Source: Eledone cirrhosa (taxonomy: Eukaryota). From it: a stretch of DNA of 64,000 bases. The position numbers and the translations under genes were made by a program. The stretch lies in assembly GCA_964016885.1 (NCBI GenBank), contig OZ024755.1, positions 39,742,001-39,806,000 of the forward strand. The letters run 5' to 3'. The notes under the pieces were generated by a model. It was not told the DNA's origin, searched no databases, and was given only the letters and a program-made list of their open reading frames with translations. Below, in pieces: positions 46,061 to 58,865 of the stretch. Every line of letters begins with the position of its first letter. Positions within the stretch are counted from its first letter, which is position 1.

Positions 46061-49000
46061 AGTGTGTGATATATGTTAGTGTGTGATATATGTTAGTGTG
46101 TGATATATGTTAGTGTGTGATATATGTTAGTGTGTAACATATGTTAGTGTGTGTATATGTTAGTGTGTAATATATGTTAGTGTGTAAATATATTTTGGTG
46201 TATGATATATGTTAGTGTGTGATATATGTTAATGTGTGATATATGTTAGTGTGTGATATATGTTAGTGTATAATATATGTTACTGTGTGATATATGTTAG
46301 TGTGTGATATATGTTAGTGCGTGATATATGGTAGTGTGTGATAATGTGTGATATATGTTAGTGTGTGATATATGATAGTGTGTGATATATGTTAGTGTGT
46401 GATATACGTTAGTGTGTGATATATGTTAGTGTGTGATATATGTTAGTGTATGATATATGTTAGTGTGTGATATATGTTAGTGTGTGATATATTTTGGTGT
46501 GTGATATATGTTAGTGTGTAATATATGTTAGTGTGTGATATATGTTAATGTGTGATATATGTTAGTGTGTGATATATGTTAATGTGTGATATATGTTAGT
46601 GTGTGATATATGTTAGTGTGTGATATATGTTAGTGTGTGATATATGTTAATGTGTGATATATGTTAGTGTGTGATATATGTTAGTGTGTGATATATGTTA
46701 GTGTGTGATATATGTTAGTGTGTGATATATGTTAGTGTGTGATATATGTTAGTGTGTAATATATCTTAGTGTGTGGTATATGTTAGTGTGTGATATAAGT
46801 TAGTGTGTGATATATGTTAGTGTCTGATTTATTTTAGTGTGTGATATATGTTAGTGTGTGATATATGTTAATGTGTGATATATGTTAGTGTGTGATATAT
46901 GTTAGTGTGTGATATATGTTAGTGTGTGATATATGTTAATGTGTGATATATCTTAGTGTGTGATATATGTTAGGGTGTGATATATGTTAATGTGTCGATA
47001 TATGTTAGTGTGTGATATATGTTAATGTGTGATATATGTTAGTGTGTGATATATGTTAGTGTGTGATATATGTTAGTGTGTGATATATGTTAGTGTGTAA
47101 TATATGTTAGTGTGTGATATATGTTAGTGAGTGATATATGTTAATGTGTGATATATGGTAGTGTGTGATATATGTTAGTGTGTGATATATGTTAGTGTGT
47201 GATATATGTTAGTGTGTGATATATGTTAGTGTGTGATATATGTTAGTGTGCGATATATGTTAGTGTGTGATATATGTTAGTGTGTGATATATGTTAATGT
47301 GTGATATATGTTAGTGTGTGATATATGTTAGTGTGTGATATATGTTAATGTGTGATATATGTTAGTGTGTGATATATGATAGTGTGTGATATATGTTAGT
47401 GTGTGATATATGTTAGTGTGTGATATATGTTAGTGTGTGATATAATTTAGTGTGTGATATATGTTAGTGTGTGATATATGTTAGTGTGTGATATATGTTA
47501 GTGTGTGATATATTTTAGTGTGTGATATATGTTAGTGTGTGATATATGTTAGTGTGTGATATATGTTAGTGTGTGATATATGTTAGTGTGTGATATATGT
47601 TAGTGTGTGATATATGTTAGTGTGTGATATATGTTAGTGTGTGATATAATTTAGTGTTATATATGTTAGTGTGTGATACATGTTAGTGTGCGATATATGT
47701 TAGTGTGTGATATATGTTAGTGTGTGATATATGTTAGTGTGTGATATACGTTAGTGTGTGATATATGTTAGTGTGTGATATATGTTAGTGTGTGATATAA
47801 GTTAGTGTGTAATATATGTTAGTGTATAATATGTGTTAGTGTGTGATATATGTTAGTGTGTGATATATGTTAGTGTGTGATATATGTTATTGTGTGATAT
47901 ATGTTAGTGTGTGATATATGTTAGTGTGTGATATATGTTAGTGTGTAATATATTTTAGTATGTGATATATGTTAGTGTGTGATATAAGTTAGTGTGTGAT
48001 ATATGTTAGTGTATGATATATGTTAGTGTGTGATATATGTTAGTGTGTGATATATGATAGTGTGTGATATATGTTAGTGTCTGATATATCTTAGTGTGTG
48101 ATATATGTTAGTGTGTGATATAATTTAGTGTGTGATATATGTTATTGTGTGGTATATGTTAGTGTGTGATATATGTTAGTGTGTGATATATTTTAGTGTG
48201 TGATATATGTTAGTGTGTGATATATGTTAGTGTGTGATATATGTTAGTGTGTGATATATGTTAGTGTGTGATATATGTTAGTGTGTGATATATGTTAGTG
48301 TGTGATATAATTTAGTGTTATATATGTTAGTGTGTGATACATGTTAGTGTGCGATATATGTTAGTGTGTGATATATGTTAGTGTGTGATATATGTTAGTG
48401 TGTGATATACGTTAGTGTGTGATATATGTTAGGGTGTGATATATGTTAGTGTGTGATATAAGTTAGTGTGTAATATATGTTAGTGTATAATATGTGTTAG
48501 TGTGTGATATATGTTAGTGTGTTATATATGTTAGTGTGTGATATATGTTATTGTGTGATATATGTTAGTGTGTGATATATGTTAGTGTGTGATATATGTT
48601 AGTGTGTAATATATTTTAGTATGTGATATATGTTAGTGTGTGATATAAGTTAGTGTGTGATATATGTTAGTGTATGATATATTTTAGTGTGTGATATATG
48701 TTAGTGTGTGATATAAGTTAGTGTGTGATATATGTTAGTATGTGATATATGTTAGTGTGTGATATATGTTAGTGTGTGATATACGTTAGTGTGTGATATA
48801 TGTTAGTGTGTGATATATGTTAGTGTGTGATATATTTTGGTGTGTGATATATGTTAGTGTGTAATATATGTTAGTGTGTGATATATGTTAGTGTGTGATA
48901 TATGATAGTGTGTGATATATGTTAGTGTGTGATATATGTTAGTGTGTGATATATGTTAGTGTGTGATATATGTTAGTGTGTGATATATTTTGGTGTGTGA

Positions 49001-52000
49001 TATATGTTAGTGTGTAATATATGTTAGTGTGTGATATATGTTAGTGTGTGATATATGTTAATATGTGATATATGTTAGTGTGTGATATATGTTAATGTGT
49101 GATATATGGTAGTGTGTGATATATGTTAGTGTGTGATATATGTTAGTGTGTGATATATGTTAGTGTGTGATATATGTTAGTGTGTGATATATGTTAGTTT
49201 GCGATATATGTTAGTGTGTGATATATGTTAGTGTGTGATATATGTTAATGTGTGATATATGTTAGTGTGTGATATATGTTAGTGTGTGATATATGTTAAT
49301 GTGTGATATATGTTAGTGTGTGATATATGTTAGTGTATGATATATGTTAGTGTGTGATATATGTTAGTGTGTGATATATTTTGGTGTGTGATATATGTTA
49401 GTGTGTAATATATGTTAGTGTGTGATATATGTTAATATGTGATATATGTTAGTGTGTGATATATGTTAATGTGTGATATATGTTAGTGTGTGATATATGT
49501 TAGTGTGTGATATATGTTAGTGTCTGATATATATTAGTGTGTGATATACGTTAATGTGTGATATATGTTAGTGTGTGATATATGTTAGTGTGTGATATAT
49601 GTTAGTGTGCGATATATGTTAGTGTGTGATATATGTTAGTGTGTGATATATGTTAGTGTGTAATATATCTTAGTGTGTGGTATATGTTAGTGTGTGATAT
49701 AAGTTAGTGTGTGATATATGTTAGTGTCTGATTTATTTTAGTGTGTGATATATGTTAGTGTGTGATATATGTTAATGTGTGATATATGTTAGTGTGTGAT
49801 ATATGTTAGTGTGTGATATATGTTAGTGTGTGATATATGTTAATGTGTGATATATGTTATTGTGTGATATATGTTAGAGTGTGATATATGTTAATGTGTG
49901 ATATATGTTAGTGTGTGATATATGTTAATGTGTGATATATGTTAGTGTGTGATATATGTTAATGTGTGATATATGTTAGTGTGTGATATATGTTAGTGTG
50001 TAATATATGTTAGTGTGTGATATATGTTAGTGAGTCATATATGTTAATGTGTGATATATGGTAGTGTGTGATATATGTTAGTGTGTGATATATGTTAGTG
50101 TGTGATATATGTTAGTGTGTGATATATGTTAGTGTGTGATATATGTTAGTTTGCGATATATGTTAGTGTGTGATATATGTTAGTGTGTGATATATGTTAA
50201 TGTGTGATATATGTTAGTGTGTGATATATGTTAGTGTGTGATATATGTTAATGTGTGATATATGTTAGTGTGTGATATCTGATAGTGTGTGATATATGTT
50301 AGTGTGTGATATATGTTAGTGTGTGATATATGTTAGTGTGTGATATAATTTAGTGTGTGATATATGTTAGTGTGTGATATATGTTAGTGTGTGATATATG
50401 TTAGTGTGTGATATATTTTAGTGTGTGATATATGTTAGTGTGTGATATATGTTAGTGTGTGATATATGTTAGTGTGTGATATATGTTAATGTGTGATATA
50501 TGTTAGTGTGTGATATATGTTAGTGTGTGATATATGTTAGTGTGTGATATATGTTAGTGTGTGATATAATTTAGTGTTATATATGTTAGTGTGTGATACA
50601 TGTTAGTGTGCGATATATGTTAGTGTGTGATATATGTTAGTGTGTGATATATGTTAGTGTGTGATATATGTTAGTGTATGATATATGTTAGTGTGTGATA
50701 TATGTTAGTGTGTGATATATGTTAGTGTGTGATATATGTTAGTGTGTGATATATGTTAGTGTGTGATATATGTTAATGTGTGATATATGTTAGTGTGTGA
50801 TATCTGATAGTGTGTGATATATGTTAGTGTGATATATGTTAGTGTGTGATATATGTTAGTGTGTGATATAATTTAGTGTGTGATATATGTTAGTGTGTGA
50901 TATATGTTAGTGTGTGATATAAGTTAGTGTGTGATATATGTTAGTGTATGATATATGTTAGTGTGTGATATATGTTAGTGTGTGATATATGTTAGTGTGT
51001 GATATATGATAGTGTGTGATATATGTTAGTGTCTGATATATGTTAGTGTGTGATATATGTTAGTGTGTGATATAATTTAGTGTGTGATATATGTTAGTGT
51101 GTGGTATATGTTAGTGTGTGATATATGTTAGTGTGTGATATATGTTAGTGTGTGATATATGTTAGTGTGTGATATATGTTAGTGTGTGATATAAGTTAGT
51201 GTGTGATATATGTTAGTGTATGATATATGTTAGTGTGTGATATATGTTAGTGTGTGATATATGTTAGTGTGTGATATATGATAGTGTGTGATATATGTTA
51301 GTGTCTGATATATGTTAGTGTGTGATATATGTTAGTGTGTGATATAATTTAGTGTGTGATATATGTTAGTGTGTGGTATATGTTAGTGTGTGATATATGT
51401 TAGTGTGTGATATATTTTAGTGTGTGATATATGTTAGTGTGTGATATATGTTAGTGTGTGATATATGTTAGTGTGTGATATATGTTAGTGTATGATATAT
51501 GTTAGTGTGTGATATATGTTAGTGTGTGATATAATTTAGTGTTATATATGTTAGTGTGTGATACATGTTAGTGTGCGATATATGTTAGTGTGTGATATAT
51601 GTTAGTGTGTGATATATGTTAGTGTGTGATATAAGTTAGTGTGTGATATATGTTAGTGTATGATATATGTTAGTGTGTGATATATGTTAGTGTGTGATAT
51701 ATGTTAGTGTGTGATATAAGTTAGTGTGTGATATATGTTAGTGAATGATATATGTTAGTGTGTGATATATGTTAGAGTGTGATATAATTTAGTGTGTGAT
51801 ATATGTTAGTGTGTGATATATGTTAGTGTGTAATATATTTTAGTATGTGATATATGTTAGTGTGTGATATAAGTTAGTGTGTGATATATGTTAGTGTATG
51901 ATATATGTTAGTGTGTGATATATGTTAGTGTGTGATATAAGTTAGTGTGTGATATATGTTAGTGTGTGATATATGTTAGTGTGTGATATATGTTAGTGTG

Positions 52001-55000
52001 TGATATACGTTAGTGTGTGATATATGTTAGTGTGTGATATATGTTAGTGTGTGATATATTTTGGTGTGTGATATATGTTAGTGTGTAATATATGTTAGTG
52101 TGTGATATATGTTAGTGTGTGATATATGATAGTGTGTGATATATGTTAGTGTGTGATATATGTTAGTGTGTGATATATGTTAGTGTGTGATATATTTTGG
52201 TGTGTGATATATGTTAGTGTGTAATATATGTTAGTGTGTGATATATGTTAGTGTGTGATATATGTTAGTGTGAGATATATGTTAGTGTGTGATATATGTT
52301 AGTGTGTAACATATGTTAGTGTGTGTATATGTTAGTGTGTAATATATGTTAGTGTGTAAATATATTTTGGTGTATGATATATGTTAGTGTGTGATATATG
52401 TTAATGTGTGATATATGTTAGTGTGTGATATATGTTAGTGTATAATATATGTTACTGTGTGATATACATTAGTGTGTGATATATGTTAGTGCGTGATATA
52501 TGGTAGTGTGTGATAATGTGTGATATATGTTAGTGTGTGATATATGTTAGTGTATGATATATGTTAGTGTGTGATATATGTTAGTGTGTGATATATTTTG
52601 GTGTGTGATATATGTTAGTGTGTAATATATGTTAGTGTGTGATATATGTTAATATGTGATATATGTTAGTGTGTGATATATGTTAATGTGTGATATATGT
52701 TAGTGTGTGATATATGTTAGTGTGTGATATATGTTAGTGTCTGATATATGTTAGTGTGTGATATACGTTAATGTGTGATATATGTTAGTGTGTGATATAT
52801 GTTAGTGTGTGATATATGTTAGTGTGCGATATATGTTAGTGTGTGATATATGTTAGTGTGTGATATATGTTAGTGTGTAATATATCTTAGTGTGTGGTAT
52901 ATGTTAGTGTGTGATATAAGTTAGTGTGTGATATATGTTAGTGACTGATTTATTTTAGTGTGTGATATATGTTAGTGTGTGATATATGTTAATGTGTGAT
53001 ATATGTTAGTGTGTGATATATGTTAGTGTGTGATATATGTTAGTGTGTGATATATGTTAATGTGTGATATATGTTATTGTGTGATATATGTTAGAGTGTG
53101 ATATATGTTAATGTGTGATATATGTTAGTGTGTGATATATGTTAATGTGTGATATATGTTATTGTGTGATATATGTTAGTGTGTGATATATGTTAGTGTG
53201 TGATATATGTTAGTGTGTAATATATGTTAGTGTGTGATATATGTTAGTGAGTGATATATGTTAATGTGTGATATATGGTAGTGTGTGATATATGTTAGTG
53301 TGTGATATATGTTAGTGTGTGATATATGTTAGTGTGTGATATATGTTAGTGTGTGATATATGTTAGTTTGCGATATATGTTAGTGTGTGATATATGTTAG
53401 TGTGTGATATATGTTAATGTGTGATATATGTTAGTGTGTGATATATGTTAGTGTGTGATATATGTTAATGTGTGATATATGTTAGTGTGTGATATCTGAT
53501 AGTGTGTGATATATGTTAGTGTGTGATATATGTTAGTGTGTGATATATGTTAGTGTGTGATATAATTTAGTGTGTGATATATGTTAGTGCGTGATATATG
53601 TTAGTGTGTGATATATGTTAGTGTGTGATATATTTTAGTGTGTGATATATGTTAGTGTGTGATATATGTTAGTGTGTGATATATGTTAGTGTGTGATATA
53701 TGTTAATGTGTGATATATGTTAGTGTGTGATATATGTTAGTGTGTGATATATGTTAGTGTGTGATATATGTTAGTATGTGATATAATTTAGTGTTATATA
53801 TGTTAGTGTGTGATACATGTTAGTGTGCGATATATGTTAGTGTGTGATATATGTTAGTGTGTGATATATGTTAGTGTGTGATATACGTTAGTGTGTGATA
53901 TATGTTAGTGTGTGATATATGTTAGTGTGTGATATAAGTTAGTGTGTAATATATGTTAGTGTATAATATGTGTTAGTGTGTGATATATGTTAGTGTGTGA
54001 TATATGTTAGTGTGTGATATATGTTATTGTGTGATATATGTTAGTGTGTGATATATGTTAGTGTGTGATATATGTTAGTGTGTAATATATTTTAGTATGT
54101 GATATATGTTAGTGTGTGATATAAGTTAGTGTGTGATATATGTTAGTGTATGATATATGTTAGTGTGTGATATATGTTAGTGTGTGATATAAGTTAGTGT
54201 GTGATATATGTTAGTGTGTGATATATGTTAGTGTGTGATATACGTTAGTGTGTGATATATGTTAGTGTATGATATATGTTAGTGTGTGATATATGTTAGT
54301 GTGTGATATATTTTGGTGTGTGATATATGTTAGTGTGTAATATATGTTAGTGTGTGATATATGTTAGTGTGTGATATATGATAGTGTGTCATATATGTTA
54401 GTGTGTGATATATGTTAGTGTGTGATATATGTTAGTGTGTGATATATGTTAGTGTGTGATATATTTTGGTGTGTGATATATGTTAGTGTGTAATATATGT
54501 TAGTGCGTGATACATGTTAGTGTGTGATATATGTTAGTGTGTGATATATGTTAGTGTGTGATATATGTTAGTGTGTAACATATGTTAGTGTGTGTAAATG
54601 TTAGTGTGTAATATATGTTAGTGTGTAAATATATTTTGGTGTATGATATATGTTAGTGTGTGATATATGTTAATGTGTGATATATGTTAGTGTGTGATAT
54701 ATGTTAGTGTATAATATATGTTACTGTGTGATATATGTTAGTGTGTGATATATGGTAGTGTGTGATAATGTGTGATATATGATAGTGTGTGATATATGTT
54801 AGTGTGTGATATACGTTAGTGTGTGATATATGTTAGTGTGTGATATATGTTAGTGTATGATATATGTTAGTGTGTGATATATGTTAGTGTGTGATATATT
54901 TTGGTGTGTGATATATGTTAGTGTGTAATATATGTTAGTGTGTGATATATGTTAGTGTGTGATATATGTTAGTGTGTGATATATGTTAGTGTATGATATA

Positions 55001-57642
55001 TGTTAGTGTGTGATATATGTTAGTGTGTGATATATTTTGGTGTGTGATATATGTTAGTGTGTAATATATGTTAGTGTGTGATATATGTTAGTGTGTGATA
55101 CATGTTAGCGTGTGTATATGTTAGTGTGTAATATATGTTAGTGTGTAAATATATTTTGGTGTATGATATATGTTAGTGTGTGATATATGTTAATGTGTGA
55201 TATATGTTAGTGTGTGATATATGTTAGTGTATAATATATGTTACTGTGTGATATATGTTAGTGTGTGATATATGTTAGTGCGTGATATATGGTAGTGTGT
55301 GATATATGATAGTGTGTGATATATGTTAGTGTGTGATATATGTTAGTGTGTGATATATGTTAGTGTGTAACATATGTTAGTGTGTGTATATGTTAGTGTG
55401 TAATATATGTTAGTGTGTAAATATATTTTGGTGTATGATATATGTTAGTGTGTGATATATGTTAATGTGTGATATATGTTAGTGTGTGATATATGATAGT
55501 GTGTGATATATGTTAGTGTGTGATATATGTTAGTGTGTGATATATGTTAGTGTGTGATAGAATTTAGTGTGTGATATATGTTAGTGTGTGATATATGTTA
55601 GTGTGTGATATATGTTAGTGTGTGATATATTTTAGTGTGTGATATATGTTAGTGTGTGATATATGTTAGTGTGTGATATATGTTAGTGTGTGATATATGT
55701 TAGTGTGTGATATATGTTAATGTGTGATATATGTTAGTGTGTGATATATGTTAGTGTGTGATATATGTTAGTGTGTGATATATGTTAGTGTGTGATATAT
55801 GTTAGTGTGTGATATATGTTAATGTGTGATATATGTTAGTGTGTGATATATGTTAATGTGTGATATATGTTAGTGTGTGATATATGTTAGTGTGTGATAT
55901 ATGTTAGTGTGTGATATATGTTAGTGTGTGATATATGTTAATGTATAATATATGTTAGTGTGTGATATATGTTAATGTGTGATATATGTTAGTGTGTGAT
56001 ATATGTTAGTGTGTGATATATGTTAATGTGTGATATATGTTAGTATGTGATATATGTTAGTGTGTGATATATGTTAGTGTGTGATATATGTTAATGTGTG
56101 ATATATGTTAGTGTGTGATATATGTTAGTGTGTGATATATGTTAGTGTGTGATATATGTTAGTGTGTAATATATCTTAGTGTGTGGTATATGTTAGTGTG
56201 TGATATAAGTTAGTGTGTGATATATGTTAGTGTGTGATATATTTTAGTGTGTGATATATGTTAGTGTGTGATATATGTTAATGTGTGATATATGTTAGTG
56301 TGTGATATATGTTAGTGTGTGATATATGTTAGTGTGTGATATATGTTAATGTGTGATATATGTTAGTGTGTGATATATGTTAGTGTGTGATATATGTTAA
56401 TGTGTGATATATGTTAGTGTGTGATATATGTTAATGTGTGATATATGTCAGTGTGTGATATATGTTAGTGTGTGATATATGTCAGTGTGTGATATATGTT
56501 AGTGTGTGATATATGTTAGTGTGTGATATATGTTAGTGTGTGATATATTTTAGTGTGTGATATATGTTAGTGTGTGATATATGTTAGTGTGTGATATATG
56601 TTAGTGTGTGATATATGTTAGTGTGTGATATATGTTAGTGTGTGATATATGTTTGTGTGTGATATATGTTAGTGTGTGATATATGTTAGTGTGTGATATA
56701 ATTTAGTGTTATATATGTTAGTGTGTGATACATGTTAGTGTGCGATATATGTTAGTGTGTGATATATGTTAGTGTGTGATATATGTTATTGTGTGATATA
56801 TGTTAGTGTGTGATATATGTTAGTGTATAATATATGTTAATGTGTGATATATGTTAGTGTGTGATATATGTTAGTGTGTGATATATGTTAGTGTGTGATA
56901 TATGTTAGTGGGTGATATATGTTAATGTGTGATATATGTTAGTGTGTGATATATGTTAGTGTGTGATATATGTTAATGTGTGATATATGTTAGTGTGTGA
57001 TATATGTTAATGTGTGATATATGTCAGTGTGTGATATATGTTAGTGTGTGATATATGTCAGTGTGTGATATATGTTAGTGTGTGATATATGTTAGTGTGT
57101 GATATATGTTAGTGTGTGATATATTTTAGTGTGTGATATATGTTAGTGTGTGATATATGTTAGTGTGTGATATATGTTAGTGTGTGATATATGTTAGTGT
57201 GTGATATATGTTAGTGTGTGATATATGTTTGTGTGTGATATATGTTAGTGTGTGATATATGTTAGTGTGTGATATAATTTAGTGTTATATATGTTAGTGT
57301 GTGATACATGTTAGTGTGCGATATATGTTAGTGTGTGATATATGTTAGTGTGTGATATATGTTATTGTGTGATATATGTTAGTGTGTGATATATGTTAGT
57401 GTATAATATATGTTAATGTGTGATATATGTTAGTGTGTGATATATGTTAGTGTGTGATATATGTTAGTGTGTGATATATGTTAGTGTGTGATATATGTTA
57501 GTGTGTGATATATTGAAAGGAGATTAATCATTTTTAAAAGGTATCTGTATTTGAAGCTCTGCTTAAACTTTAATTAGTTACCTACCTAGCCGCCTGTGAT
57601 TACACACTTTACAAAGTATCCCCAGTGATTGTTTCATATGTT

Positions 57643-57828
<186 letters not shown>

Positions 57829-58111
57829 GTGTGAGTGAGTTTGTTTACGTGTTTGTGTGTATGTCTATGTATTTATCCTCACGAACGCACATATTTGATA
57901 GCTTCACAAGACACACATGTATAAATATTTGGCCAGCGCATGCTCCGTCACACGACATGTTTAGCTTGAAATGTGACAGATGTCAGCTGAGACCGTTTAA
58001 TCGTTAATATTGGCAGACTTTGCCCCGCCCAAATATTTTCTTATCGATCTTAGGTTTTGTATTAAAATTTGAATGGTTTTTCAACAGGTAAAATAAAACG
58101 CACAAACTCTC

Positions 58112-58209
58112 GCATACACACACATACACATACACACACACACACACATATATTCATACACACATATTCATACACACACTCTCTCATACAAACACACACA
58201 CATACACAC

Positions 58210-58244
<35 letters not shown>

Positions 58245-58737
58245 TACACACATACACACACACACACACTCTCTCACATACACAGTCTCTCACACACCCA
58301 CACGCACACTCTCACACACCCATACACACACTCACAAATACACACTCTCTCACACATCCACACACTCTCACACACCCATACACACTCACATACACACACT
58401 CTCACACACACAAACACACTCTCTCTCACAGACTCACATACACATACACTCTCTCACACGCACAACTCACATACACACACTCTCACACATACACACGCAC
58501 ATACACACACTCATAAACTCTCTCACACACTCACACAGTCTCTCTCTCACACATCCACACACTCTCTCTCTCACACATCCACACACTCTCACACAGCCAC
58601 CCACACTCTCTCTCTCTCTCTCTCTCACACTCTCTGTCTCACATATACACACATTCTCTCACCCTCTCTCTCTCAGACACACACACATACTCTCTTTCTC
58701 ACCCCTACACACTCTTTCTTACCCCCCCCCCATCCCC
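58112..58737 (+). repeat. Degenerate (CA)n/(CATA)n/(CT)n low-complexity tract ending in C10
   Basis: About 620 bp of interrupted CA repeats with CT content rising to the right; C10 at 58722-58731. Confidence 0.93.
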
Positions 58738-58865
58738 ACATTCTATCGCTGACATCAGTAATTAACATGGTACCAGTCATTAACCACACCTAGAGAGAAA
58801 CAACTGATGCAGTTCCACATTCAAACATCTTCCTTTGTTTCACTGATTATTGCTAACTATCGTCT

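Larger units (their letters stand above)
1..57513 (+). repeat. 17-bp satellite array, consensus TGTGTGATATATGTTAG, about 3,380 copies, truncated by the left window edge
   Basis: The monomer reads directly and in one orientation from base 1 to 57513, ending ...GTGTGTGATATAT|TGAAAGG. Consensus composition is T8 G5 A4 C0. The commonest variant ends TTAA instead of TTAG; rare 10-, 15-, 16- and 18-bp monomers occur. TGA/TAG on + and TAA on -, with a period not divisible by 3, close all six frames, matching the empty ORF track here. Confidence 0.99.

Noticed and set aside
1-57513. Telomeric array (G/T-rich strand, TTAG core, occasional TTAGGG such as 2139-2144)
   Set aside because: The G/T-rich strand runs 5'->3' toward the unique flank, opposite to what a telomere at the left end would show. 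TTAGGG is an isolated single-base variant, and the variants propagate by block duplication rather than template-like addition.
57947-57954. GTCACACG in the unique island matching the 39-mer, and AGTGTG shared by both arrays
   Set aside because: Matches of 6-8 bp in CA/TG-rich DNA are expected by chance and do not show common origin.
58702-58737. G-quadruplex on the minus strand (C4, C10, C4 on +)
   Set aside because: It needs the C10 run split in two plus a 16-nt loop, which is marginal and expected in low-complexity sequence.
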